Shown here: piece after piece, positions 38,352 to 46,667 of the stretch
Numbering within the stretch: the stretch's first letter is position 1
Layout of the letters: every line of letters begins with the position of its first letter
Origin: Minisyncoccota bacterium
GTDB lineage: Bacteria > Patescibacteriota > Minisyncoccia > Phycocordibacterales > UBA2100
Direction: 5' to 3'
DNA length: 64,000 nucleotides
Assembly (NCBI GenBank): GCA_965267345.1
Contig: OZ253947.1
Location: 330,814 to 394,813 of the forward strand
Translations under genes and position numbers: made by a program
The notes under the pieces: model-generated
What the model was told of the DNA's origin: nothing
Seen by the model: the letters and a program-made list of their open reading frames with translations, nothing else
Database searches by the model: none

Positions 38352-38477
38352 ATGCGTAGTAAGCCAAGTACCGTGGGAACTGAAGAGGAGCATATGGGCG
38401 TTAAGGATGCTCTCGTGCTGGTCATCCTGGCGAGCATCGCGTTCGTCTTCGTCTCATATATCTTTTTTGGCCCATAA
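38352..38477 (+). CDS. 41-aa single-TM peptide (MRSKPSTVGTEEEHMGVKDALVLVILASIAFVFVSYIFFGP)
   Basis: GGAGG ribosome-binding site 6 nt upstream. Upstream TTGACG-17-CACTAT. Terminator at 38486-38520. Absent from the ORF track (shorter than 60 aa). Confidence 0.5.
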   Translation: MRSKPSTVGTEEEHMGVKDALVLVILASIAFVFVSYIFFGP

Positions 38478-38485
38478 GACCTTTT

Positions 38486-38520
38486 GCGCTGCCTCGCCAT
38501 CACGAGGCAGCGCATTCTCT
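38486..38520 (+). terminator. intrinsic terminator (GCGCTGCCTCG...CGAGGCAGCGC + T-rich)
   Basis: 11-bp stem followed by ATTCTCTTTT. Confidence 0.5.
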
Positions 38521-38688
38521 TTTAACAAACGACCATGGTACCAGCTAGGACTTGAATATGCAGTGCTGAGTACCAAACGGGTCGTGAGAGCCCTCCTTTT
38601 TCAGTGAGAAGTAGGGGCCATGTTATTTTTTGACAATTCACTTTTACGGGTACATCATTACCGTCCAACATGTAAAGGAGGTCAACGA

Positions 38689-38829
38689 ATGACGATACTG
38701 GGATCTCGGCCCAACGAGCTGACTCGGTTTCAGAAGGAGCATCCACGACTTTGGGCGTTCCTGTGCTTCAGTTTGCCGGCACTCGTCTTGGGCATGGGCA
38801 TCGGCCTTGCCCTGCACGGTCATTTCTGA
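38689..38829 (+). CDS. 46-aa single-TM peptide (MTILGSRPNELTRFQKEHPRLWAFLCFSLPALVLGMGIGLALHGHF)
   Basis: AAAGGAGG ribosome-binding site 6 nt upstream. Upstream TTGACA-17-CATCAT. Terminator at 38852-38882. The ORF-track entry 38620-38829 is an upstream extension. Confidence 0.5.
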   Translation: MTILGSRPNELTRFQKEHPRLWAFLCFSLPALVLGMGIGLALHGHF

Positions 38830-38851
38830 CCTATTTTTTCACTCTGTTGGA

Positions 38852-38882
38852 GCCCCGCTGCGTACCAGCGGGGCTTTTGTTT
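38852..38882 (+). terminator. intrinsic terminator (GCCCCGCTG-CGTAC-CAGCGGGGC + TTTTGTTTT)
   Basis: 9-bp GC stem plus T-run. Confidence 0.55.
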
Positions 38883-38954
38883 TATAGGTTTATTGACAGC
38901 TCAGTGAAATGAGCGTATCGTCACAGGTCCAACCAATGAAAGGAGGGTTGCACA

Positions 38955-39158
38955 ATGTCTGACGTTGCAGAACACACCGTCGTCGATGATGGACCGGAAG
39001 AACACGAGCACGACGAGAACTGCGGCCACGACGAGGGGGTATCCGAGGATACTACTCCTGCGGGATTCCCTCGTTGGGCACGCATCCTGATCGTCCTTGC
39101 TATGATCATCCTGATCATGTTCGGCGGCGGCGAGTTGCTCAACACGTTCATGCGCTAA
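38955..39158 (+). CDS. 67-aa single-TM protein with acidic His/Cys-rich N-terminus (…EEHEHDENCGHDEG…FPRWARILIVLAMIILIMFGGG…)
   Basis: AAAGGAGGG ribosome-binding site. Upstream TTGACA-17-TATCGT. Terminator hairpin at 39181-39218. Confidence 0.55.
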   Translation: MSDVAEHTVVDDGPEEHEHDENCGHDEGVSEDTTPAGFPRWARILIVLAMIILIMFGGGELLNTFMR

Positions 39159-39180
39159 CCGCACCGAGTACCTGAGTTGG

Positions 39181-39218
39181 GAGAGCCCTGCTCTTCTTGA
39201 ATGAGGAGCTGGGCTCTC
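39181..39218 (+). terminator. terminator-like hairpin GAGAGCCCTGCTCTTC-TTGAAT-GAGGAGCTGGGCTCTC
   Basis: Imperfect long stem with a TTGAAT loop, directly after the 67-aa ORF. Related to the hairpin at 39458-39494. Confidence 0.45.
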
Positions 39219-39301
39219 TTCATACCTGCGTCATTTGACATTACCCTGTTTCCTATGGCACGGTACACCTCCACCCACTGAGAACGGAAAGGAGGATTCA
39301 T

Positions 39302-39436
39302 CATGGAAAAAGAAGAAGCACCACGCAAGGTTAAAGATCTCGGGGCGACGATGCACAAGTGGGCATTCGTCCTCGTCAGTCTCGCTATCATTATCTGGGT
39401 TGCGTGGGATCAGCTGATCGGCCCCATGGTCAACTA
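39302..39436 (+). CDS. 44-aa single-TM peptide (MEKEEAPRKVKDLGATMHKWAFVLVSLAIIIWVAWDQLIGPMVN)
   Basis: AAAGGAGG ribosome-binding site 7 nt upstream. Upstream TTGACA-like promoter. Shares the H-x-(K/R)-WAF motif with the 46-aa peptide. Terminator at 39458-39494. Confidence 0.55.
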
Positions 39437-39457
39437 ACGAGTACAAGTATCACGGTG

Positions 39458-39494
39458 GAGAGCCTAGCTCTCTTGAATGAGAGCTAGGCTCTTT
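39458..39494 (+). terminator. intrinsic terminator AGAGCCTAGCTCTC-TTGAAT-GAGAGCTAGGCTCT + TTT
   Basis: Perfect 14-bp stem, the same TTGAAT loop as the hairpin at 39181-39218, and a T-run. Confidence 0.6.
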
Positions 39495-39512
39495 TACTGT
39501 CCGCCGCGTTTT

Positions 39513-39947
39513 CTACTCGCTCAATTCTAAGTCGTGTATCTCGAGCTCCCCGCTGGTGGCGTCGAGCCACCGTGCTTTTGTCGGCACGATTTTGAACATA
39601 ACAAAGTCGTCATGATCTTTGACGTAGTACTTCGCAGGGTTTTTTGCCGTAAACCATGCCAAGCGCTCCTGTGTCTCTTCAGATGACACGCGCTCGGCAA
39701 CACCCTGCATGTCGAACACCCGCAGCGGATCAATCCCCTCCTCCACTACCGCAAGGGCCACGTGGTTGTTTGCGGTAACCGCCTTATATTTACCAAAACA
39801 CTCACAGGTCCCGAAATAGATAGTGAGGTCGTCATCGGCTGCGTAGAGCATCAGTGACGAATTCGGGTGGCCGTTTTCATCAAGCACCGTCAGTACCATT
39901 TTGCGGTGATCGTTAAGAAATGCACGTGCTTCCTGTAGGTAGTGCAT
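39513..39947 (-). CDS. pyridoxamine 5'-phosphate oxidase-like FMN-binding protein (general stress protein 26 family)
   Basis: MHYLQEARAFLNDHRKMVLTVLDENGHP... shows the split-barrel PNPOx-like pattern. Start taken at the internal Met to avoid overlap with the downstream gene. Confidence 0.65.
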   Translation of the reverse strand: MHYLQEARAFLNDHRKMVLTVLDENGHPNSSLMLYAADDDLTIYFGTCECFGKYKAVTANNHVALAVVEEGIDPLRVFDMQGVAERVSSEETQERLAWFTAKNPAKYYVKDHDDFVMFKIVPTKARWLDATSGELEIHDLELSE

Positions 39948-39957
39948 GGGGATGTGA

Positions 39958-41670
39958 TTAATTTGTTGTACGAATTGCCTCAATGATAGCAAATTTTGGA
40001 TTCACTTTCTTGCCGGGATTAAATCGATCATGCGGGTCAAACGCGCATTCAAGATCACGGAAAAGTGACAGCATCTGTTTGCTAAACATTTGTTTTGTGT
40101 ACGATGTTCGAATGATGCCGTCATTGTGCTCACCACAGATGTCACCTTCATATTTCTCCGCAAGCGCAAAGACGTCCTCGGCCATGCGCATGATGATGTC
40201 TGGTGTTTCAGGGTTAGTGAAATCAAGCAGTGGATAGAAATGAAAGTGGCCGTTTCCGCCGTGACCGTGCATGGCGTACTCTGCCTTGTAGGTTTTGAGT
40301 ACTGCGGTGAGCTCTTTCAGGAATGCACCCATGTGCTTTGGCGGTACCACAATATCCTCCAGAAATGCCGCCGGTCGGCGGTTATCCTTACCGAGTTTTG
40401 CCAGTGAGTAGCTTGCGAAGCGGATATTCCACAGCATCTCTTTCGCGCGTGCATTAGTGATACGATGCACCGCGAACCCTTTTTTCTCTAGCGTCTCGCG
40501 CGTTGGTATAATCGCCGCATTCGCTGCTTCAACAGTCGGCGCGTCAAACGTAATGAGGACAGTAAACGCGGGTGTTGTGCGATTAAATACGGTGACGTAG
40601 GCACGCGCGAACTGCCAAAGAAAGCTCACAAATGCGCGCCAGCTCTCGGGATAAAAACGGTGTTTAAAAAAGAGTGGGTGTCGCTTGGCCAACTCGTATG
40701 TTCGATTATCAAAAATCTCAACGTTGCAGGGATGTGCTTCGAGTGTCGTTTCAATGAGTGCCCCGATGTGTTTTACCTTTGCAACCGGCACCACCAGCAA
40801 ATCTGACACTACCGTAACGGGTATCACGCGGCACTCAGCGCGCACGATGATGCCCAGCGTCCCTTGCGAGCCGACACACAATGGTACGAGCGAGAAAGTC
40901 CCCTCTCCGTTTTTGAATGCGTCCAGTGAGTCAGCCTGCAGTACACTCCAGAGTGCATATCCTGACGAATTTTTTGACGCTTTTGGTTTCCCTGCTGTAA
41001 TTGCCGCATACTCTTCCTCGAGCATACGCCATACAGCGCGGTACGCATCGCCGGCGACATCTTTTCGTTTGAGCTCAGCCTTGAGCTCATCATATGTGAG
41101 ATCGGTGAACGTGTAGGTATGTGCATCGTGCAGCACCACGTCAAGCGAGCAAATGTACTGCGCGGTGTGACCGTATTTCAACGAGTACGGACCGGCGGCA
41201 TTGTTGGCAATCATTCCCCCAATGGTGCAAATGTCGCGTGATGAAGGATACGACGGAAGGAAGTAGCCGTGGCGTTTGGTGTATGCATCAAGGTCGCGAA
41301 ACATAACGCCAACCTGTGTACGCGCACACGCCGTGCCGTCGCTACGCGTTTCAAGTGCACCAAGTTCGGTGAAGTGGCGGCACATGTCGATGATAACCGA
41401 GTCATTCAGTGATCCGCCCGCAAGGCCGGTGCCGGCAGCGCGCGCGGTTAACGATAACGTCGTGCCCTCGGGATCAATCTCATTGGCACACGCTACAATG
41501 TGCTCAACCTCTGCAGCCGTACGCGGAAATACGACGAGCTTTGGCATAACGGCAAACACGCTCTCATCAGTCGCATAGCGCGTCAGTGTTTCTGGTGCGT
41601 CATCGCACGTAATGTGTCGCTCACGCAGCGCAGCGCGAAACTGTGCGTATATGTCACCGGCGTCCGCCAC
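39958..41670 (-). CDS. FAD-linked oxidase (GlcD / D-lactate dehydrogenase-like, PCMH-type FAD-binding plus FAD-oxidase C domain)
   Basis: FAD-binding 4 domain (VVFPRTAAEVEHIVACANE..ARAAGTGLAGGS) and C-terminal oxidase domain. Confidence 0.8.
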   Translation of the reverse strand: MADAGDIYAQFRAALRERHITCDDAPETLTRYATDESVFAVMPKLVVFPRTAAEVEHIVACANEIDPEGTTLSLTARAAGTGLAGGSLNDSVIIDMCRHFTELGALETRSDGTACARTQVGVMFRDLDAYTKRHGYFLPSYPSSRDICTIGGMIANNAAGPYSLKYGHTAQYICSLDVVLHDAHTYTFTDLTYDELKAELKRKDVAGDAYRAVWRMLEEEYAAITAGKPKASKNSSGYALWSVLQADSLDAFKNGEGTFSLVPLCVGSQGTLGIIVRAECRVIPVTVVSDLLVVPVAKVKHIGALIETTLEAHPCNVEIFDNRTYELAKRHPLFFKHRFYPESWRAFVSFLWQFARAYVTVFNRTTPAFTVLITFDAPTVEAANAAIIPTRETLEKKGFAVHRITNARAKEMLWNIRFASYSLAKLGKDNRRPAAFLEDIVVPPKHMGAFLKELTAVLKTYKAEYAMHGHGGNGHFHFYPLLDFTNPETPDIIMRMAEDVFALAEKYEGDICGEHNDGIIRTSYTKQMFSKQMLSLFRDLECAFDPHDRFNPGKKVNPKFAIIEAIRTTN

Positions 41671-41672
41671 GG

Positions 41673-42416
41673 CTATTTGGTGCTAAAGTTCTCAAATGCG
41701 CGCAGCACCTCAATTGGTGTGGCAAAGACAACCGTATTACTCTGGTCTGAGCTTAGGTCGTTGAGTGACTGTAGAGTGCGCAGGTGGAGTGCTCCTGTCG
41801 CACCCGAGAGAATGCCGGCGGCTTTTGCCATGTTCTCGGCTGCCATAACCTCTCCCTCGGCCTTGATGATGACCGCACGTTTTTCGCGCTCAGCCTCAGC
41901 CTGTTTTGCAATAGTACGCTCCATTTCGCCCGGCAAAATTACGTCTTTGAGCTCTACGTTGTCTACCTTGATACCCCACTCGTCACTTGCCTCATCAACG
42001 ATCGAACGGATGCGTTCCGAGATACGATCGCGACCGGCGAGCAACTCATCGAGCTCAACCTCACCGACAACATTGCGCATAGTTGTCTGCGCAAGCTGAC
42101 TCATCGCAAAGAAGTAGTCTTCGACGTTCAGCACTGCCTTGTCAGCATCGGTTACTTTGTAGTAAATAACGGCATTAACACCAACGGCGATGTTGTCTTT
42201 GGTAATTGCCTGTTGCTGCGGCACGTCGACTGCTTTCACTCGCATATCCACCTTCTCCATACGCTGAAAGACGGGAATGACAATGCGCCATCCTGCCTCA
42301 CGCAGGCCGGTGTAACGCCCCATGGTGAACATCACCCCGCGCTCATACTGGTTAACCTGTCGCAAGATTGCCACCGCGATAGCAATGGCGAGAATAACAA
42401 TAAGTACAAATTCCAT
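41673..42416 (-). CDS. SPFH/band-7 (stomatin/prohibitin-like) membrane protein
   Basis: N-terminal TM followed by the SPFH domain (YERGVMFTMGRYTGLREAGW..). Confidence 0.8.
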   Translation of the reverse strand: MEFVLIVILAIAIAVAILRQVNQYERGVMFTMGRYTGLREAGWRIVIPVFQRMEKVDMRVKAVDVPQQQAITKDNIAVGVNAVIYYKVTDADKAVLNVEDYFFAMSQLAQTTMRNVVGEVELDELLAGRDRISERIRSIVDEASDEWGIKVDNVELKDVILPGEMERTIAKQAEAEREKRAVIIKAEGEVMAAENMAKAAGILSGATGALHLRTLQSLNDLSSDQSNTVVFATPIEVLRAFENFSTK

Positions 42417-42452
42417 ATGAATATAATGCTACTGATTAGTCTGTATTGTACC

Positions 42453-43046
42453 TTACTGCCATGGGATATCGTACTGCTCAAATTCGGGGAGTAACTTCTT
42501 GTCGTAAAGCAGGCGCGAGATGACTTCAGCGTGACTGAGTGCCCCCGTGAGAGCGTTGTGCGGCTCGGGCTCGTTCGGGATGCCGGTATAATTCAACACG
42601 GCGTCTAAATTCAGTGCGCTACGGTGATGCTCTGCATCAATAGGTGGTGTCATACCCCGCTTGATCATGTGCATCCACGCAAGTGAATGGCTATCAATGG
42701 TGCGATAGGCAAACGTGTAGTTGAGACCGGCACGCTGACACGCTGCTTTGACGAAGTCGCGGTCGAATGAAACATTTTGGCCGGCAAAGGTACGGTCGGC
42801 GAGCTCGCCAGCCCATGCGACGAACTTCTCAATCAATTCCTGTTCGCTCTGCTTACTGGGATCAATGATCTGTTCTTGGGTAAAGCCGTTTACTTCAAGC
42901 GCCTCGTCCATGACATGCGCACCATTCCAGATGCGACACTCCTCATAAAAACGGTTCTCGGGGTTGTTGAGGTCGAGCGCACCAAGACTCACGATGGAGT
43001 GTTTCTGATACTCGGTACCTGACGCTTCAATATCTAATACCAACAT
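42453..43046 (-). CDS. DnaQ-like 3'-5' exonuclease (DEDDh family)
   Basis: Exo I (LVLDIEASG), Exo II (AGQNVSFDRDF) and Exo III (H..ALTGALSHAEV) motifs. Confidence 0.75.
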   Translation of the reverse strand: MLVLDIEASGTEYQKHSIVSLGALDLNNPENRFYEECRIWNGAHVMDEALEVNGFTQEQIIDPSKQSEQELIEKFVAWAGELADRTFAGQNVSFDRDFVKAACQRAGLNYTFAYRTIDSHSLAWMHMIKRGMTPPIDAEHHRSALNLDAVLNYTGIPNEPEPHNALTGALSHAEVISRLLYDKKLLPEFEQYDIPWQ

Positions 43047-43082
43047 AACCTAACTATAAACTACCCGTCGCTAACCACCAAC

Positions 43083-43430
43083 TCACTGCAACCCGCTGCA
43101 ATTACCTGCCGGCGTATAGCCGGCGGCACGTGCTGCGTCGATCGTTTTAAACCATCGTTTGTTTTCCTCATTCATTGCCTGCGCGCCGGCACACCACGGA
43201 TAGTGGTATTTCGTGCCATGTTGCGAGGCAACCACCATGCCGCCGATGCGCAGTGGCTCAGCATCTGTCGTTGCGGCGCTGTGTATCCGCACCGGCGGTT
43301 GCGCTTGTTCGTATGCCGAGAGACGCCCGAGCCCGAATGCGCTCACGCCCACCAGCACAATGAGCGCCACTGCCAGCACATCGCCGTGCAGTGGGGCGCT
43401 ATATGCCTTGATTTGCTCGCTTTTCTCGCG
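43083..43430 (-). CDS. hypothetical membrane-anchored protein with C-terminal Cys/His motif (YHYPWC…AGYTPAGNC)
   Basis: TM helix VLAVALIVLVGVSAFGLG. C-terminal motif resembles Ada-type Zn-binding (…AAGYxPC..C). The start is uncertain. The ORF-track extension to 43754 runs antisense through rpmA and is rejected. Confidence 0.35.
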   Translation of the reverse strand, partial: REKSEQIKAYSAPLHGDVLAVALIVLVGVSAFGLGRLSAYEQAQPPVRIHSAATTDAEPLRIGGMVVASQHGTKYHYPWCAGAQAMNEENKRWFKTIDAARAAGYTPAGNCSGLQ

Positions 43431-43512
43431 TATACTTCCCCACCAGTTATTCACGGGACCATTGTATCGTCTTACGGGAATAGCGCATAATTCATTTTGA
43501 TACAAAGCGTAT

Positions 43513-43788
43513 ATGGCACATAGAAAAGCTGGAGGTTCAGCAAAAAACCTACGCGATTCAAACCCAAAATATTTGGGTACAAAACTCGGTGACGGCCAAG
43601 CGGCAAAAACGGGGTCTATTATTGTGCGCCAGCGGGGTACCCGCATTCTTCCCGGCAAAAATGTCGGCCTGGGTAAAGACCACACGCTCTTTGCACTCGC
43701 AAACGGCATTGTGAAGTTCCGCAGCGCACGTCGCACCCGCTTTAACGGCACCACCGTTCAAAAGCGCATCGTTGACGTTATCGCCTAG
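43513..43788 (+). CDS. rpmA: 50S ribosomal protein L27
   Basis: [29 protein letters not shown]. Confidence 0.9.
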   Translation: MAHRKAGGSAKNLRDSNPKYLGTKLGDGQAAKTGSIIVRQRGTRILPGKNVGLGKDHTLFALANGIVKFRSARRTRFNGTTVQKRIVDVIA

Positions 43789-43820
43789 CGCCACCCGAAA
43801 TACTCTCAAAACCTCAAAAC

Positions 43821-43845
43821 AAAAACGCGCCCCCGGCGCGTTTTT
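43821..43845. terminator. bidirectional intrinsic terminator AAAAACGCGCC-CCCG-GCGCGTTTTT
   Basis: GC stem flanked by an A-run and a T-run, between convergent rpmA and rplI. Confidence 0.6.
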
Positions 43846-43870
43846 GTGTGTGGATCAGGAAATTGGTTTG

Positions 43871-44314
43871 TTACTCACTCGCGACAACCACCACAGTAAC
43901 CTTGAGTGATTCAGTACCAACTTTCACTGCGGCGGTGTGTTCTCCTACTTCTTTAATGGCGGCGTCGAGTACAATGCTGCCTGCGTTCACCGCCACATTC
44001 ATGTTCTTGCTAAGCGCGTCGGCGATGTCATCTTCATGCACGCCTTCAAAAAGGTGACCCTGTTCATTTGCTTTTGCGGTAATGGTCACCCCGTCTTTGA
44101 GAGACGCAATACCACTCTTAAGGGCCTCAGTGGTTGCTTCTTTTTCCTGCGCGGTGTGCTCGGCCGAACGCTGTGCTTTGGCAATACGCTCAGGCGTGGC
44201 CACATCGGCAAGTCCGCGACGAATCAAAAAATTCTGCGCGTAGCCATCAGACACGTCTTTGATGTCATGTTTGCTGCCGACATTCGGTACATTCTTTCGT
44301 AAAATCACTTTCAT
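43871..44314 (-). CDS. rplI: 50S ribosomal protein L9
   Basis: MKVILRKNVPNVGSKHDIKDVSDGYAQNFLI. Confidence 0.85.
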   Translation of the reverse strand: MKVILRKNVPNVGSKHDIKDVSDGYAQNFLIRRGLADVATPERIAKAQRSAEHTAQEKEATTEALKSGIASLKDGVTITAKANEQGHLFEGVHEDDIADALSKNMNVAVNAGSIVLDAAIKEVGEHTAAVKVGTESLKVTVVVVASE

Positions 44315-44356
44315 GGTGCTGTGTTGATTACAGTAACGCTCTTATACTACGCAAAC

Positions 44357-45613
44357 CTAAGAGTTCTGCAAGAATTCCACCGCCGCGTCGAGTATGTAGT
44401 CGGTGTCGGGGTCTGCGTCATCGGGAATAGTAACGACAATGTCAGGTTCGATGCCTTCGCGCGTGATAAATACATCGCCTGCCAAAAGCCATCGGGCGAC
44501 CGTGAGTTTCAGTGATGTGTCGGGGGTAATATCAACGAGCTCCTGCACTGAACCTTTCCCAAAGCTGTTCGTACCCACCAGTGTTGCCACGCCATGCTCC
44601 TGCAGCGAGCCGGCAAGAATCTCTGAGGCACTCGCTGAACCACCGTCAATGAGGATGACCAACTCCAGATTTTCGTTGAACACATCATAGCCACGACTTC
44701 GGTGGATGCTGGTGTCCTGATCGGTGCCGTAGTCCTCAGTGACGACAATTTTGCCGCTCGGTAGGAACCAACTTGCCATATCAACAGCTGCTTCGAGGTA
44801 GCCTCCCGGATTACCGCGCAGATCAACAACGAGCTTGTCGCTACCGCTGTCGATAAACTCACGCAATGCCTGACGGAACAAGTCGGGCGATTTTGCCGAG
44901 AAGTTAAGCAGTTCAACGACGAAAATGCCGTTGTCGAGTTGCGTCGTTTCAATCGTCGGAATTTCAATAACGTCACGGGTCACTGTGATGGTGCGGAGTT
45001 CGGAAGCGCCATCGCGAAGAATCGTAAACGTGACATCGGTTCCTTTTGGTCCTCGAATGCGCTGTACTGCCGCGTCAATGCTGATGCCCTTTGTTGCTTT
45101 GCCGTCAATTTCCAGAATGCGGTCACCGCTTTTAATGCCCGATTCCGACGCCGGTGTCCCCTTCAGTGGTGAAACAACCGTGAGTGTGTTGTCGCGAATC
45201 GAAATTTCCATACCGACACCTTCAAAGCTGCCGCTGATGTCATCGTTAAACACTTCAGCCTCAGATGGTGGCAGGAAAACCGTATACGGGTCGTTGAGGG
45301 ACCCAGCGAGCCCCTGAATCATACCCCAGATGCGGTCTTGCGCTTCCTCAGGCGTCGTTGTTGCTATTGCGTCAGTTGACGTCGCGTATGCATCAACAAA
45401 ACGCTCATCAATAACATTCCATGCTTTCCATACAGGTGAAAAGTCTGCCTGTGGCTGCGCATCAGAAATGGCGCCTGCTGCAAATGCTGAAAAACCGTAT
45501 GCAGAAAGTGTCTGGGCGAATACCCCGCGATGGCCCGCAATGAGTCCCGCGCTGAAGGCAAATACAATAATGACACCGCTAGTGAGGAGTGCGCGCATTG
45601 AGTACAATCTCAT
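44357..45613 (-). CDS. ctpA: carboxyl-terminal processing protease (S41, PDZ-containing)
   Basis: PDZ domain plus the S41 catalytic region (GGSASASEILAGSLQ). Confidence 0.8.
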   Translation of the reverse strand: MRLYSMRALLTSGVIIVFAFSAGLIAGHRGVFAQTLSAYGFSAFAAGAISDAQPQADFSPVWKAWNVIDERFVDAYATSTDAIATTTPEEAQDRIWGMIQGLAGSLNDPYTVFLPPSEAEVFNDDISGSFEGVGMEISIRDNTLTVVSPLKGTPASESGIKSGDRILEIDGKATKGISIDAAVQRIRGPKGTDVTFTILRDGASELRTITVTRDVIEIPTIETTQLDNGIFVVELLNFSAKSPDLFRQALREFIDSGSDKLVVDLRGNPGGYLEAAVDMASWFLPSGKIVVTEDYGTDQDTSIHRSRGYDVFNENLELVILIDGGSASASEILAGSLQEHGVATLVGTNSFGKGSVQELVDITPDTSLKLTVARWLLAGDVFITREGIEPDIVVTIPDDADPDTDYILDAAVEFLQNS

Positions 45614-45715
45614 CGCCCTATTATGCCACCGTGCGAGTAATTTTCAAAAACACAGGTGTGTTATACACCCAGTAGTGCTGGTCGCCACAGGAAACAGGCG
45701 GTACGCTATAGCTAC

Positions 45716-46627
45716 ATGCTCCATCGCCACGAATACAAAGATCTTGTGTGGGTTGACCTTGAGTCGCCAAGCCTTGATGAGATAAATAGCATTGCCGGCG
45801 AGTTTGGTATTAACTCACTCGTCGCCGATGAACTGCTCGCGTCGACATTAAAGCCACGCACCGAGCGGTACGCTCACTTTTTGTATCTCATACTACACTT
45901 CCCCAACCTTCACCACACACACTCAGGACCTGAGCAGGAAGTTGATTTCCTTATCGGGCACGATTTCGTTATTACCGTGCGCTACGAACCTATCGAGGCA
46001 TTCGTTGAGTTCCGAAAAATTTTCGAAGTAAATGCGACACTCGGCGAGAATACCTTCACGGAAAACCCGTTTGATATCTTTTTACTGCTCACAAAACGCC
46101 TCTATCGTTCGGTTGAAGTGGAGATAGATGAGGTAAACGACTCTCTCGAACATATTGAACGCGGCATTTTTGCAGGCAAAGAAAAAGAGATGGTTGTTGC
46201 GCTCTCGCGTGCCGGTCGAGAAATCCTGACACTCAAGCAAGCACTTGATCCACATCAAGATGTGTTGAATTCGCTGCAAAACCACGTGAGTGACTTTGCC
46301 GGCGAGGACTACGTCGCGCGGGTGCGTGCCGTGCAAAACATGTACTTCCGGGCCCGCAAACACATTACGCGCATCTGGCAAAACATGACTGAATTACGTG
46401 AAACAAATAACTCGCTGCTCACCACAAAGCAAAACGAGGTAATGAAAATTTTTACTATTTTGGCATTCGTCACCTTCCCACTCTCGCTGTTTGCCTCCAT
46501 TTTCGGCATGAATACGCTGTACACGCCGTTTGTCGGTGATCCGTATGACTTCTGGTACGTCATCGGTATTATGGGAACGGCGACACTCATCATGTTCTTC
46601 TTCTTTAGACATAAAAAGTGGCTCTAG
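45716..46627 (+). CDS. corA: CorA family magnesium transporter
   Basis: GMN motif (FGMNTLYTPF) and two C-terminal TM helices. Confidence 0.8.
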   Translation: MLHRHEYKDLVWVDLESPSLDEINSIAGEFGINSLVADELLASTLKPRTERYAHFLYLILHFPNLHHTHSGPEQEVDFLIGHDFVITVRYEPIEAFVEFRKIFEVNATLGENTFTENPFDIFLLLTKRLYRSVEVEIDEVNDSLEHIERGIFAGKEKEMVVALSRAGREILTLKQALDPHQDVLNSLQNHVSDFAGEDYVARVRAVQNMYFRARKHITRIWQNMTELRETNNSLLTTKQNEVMKIFTILAFVTFPLSLFASIFGMNTLYTPFVGDPYDFWYVIGIMGTATLIMFFFFRHKKWL

Positions 46628-46667
46628 GGTTGCTCGTGCCACTTCGCTCACGCATACTGAACGCTAC

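Noticed and set aside
38246-38515. 89-aa minus-strand ORF (and similar 39155-39391 and 39231-39446 ORFs) overlapping the small plus-strand peptide genes
   Set aside because: They have no RBS. They run antisense through compact units with clear promoter, RBS and terminator anatomy on the plus strand. The sequences are low-complexity.
34112-39512. CRISPR array or prophage in the island
   Set aside because: There are no regularly spaced identical repeats. No integrase, capsid, terminase or cas gene signatures were recognised.
46530-46667. N-terminal 46-aa extension of cysS
   Set aside because: It overlaps the corA 3' end. The conserved CysRS N-terminus begins at MKDAELHFFN (46668).
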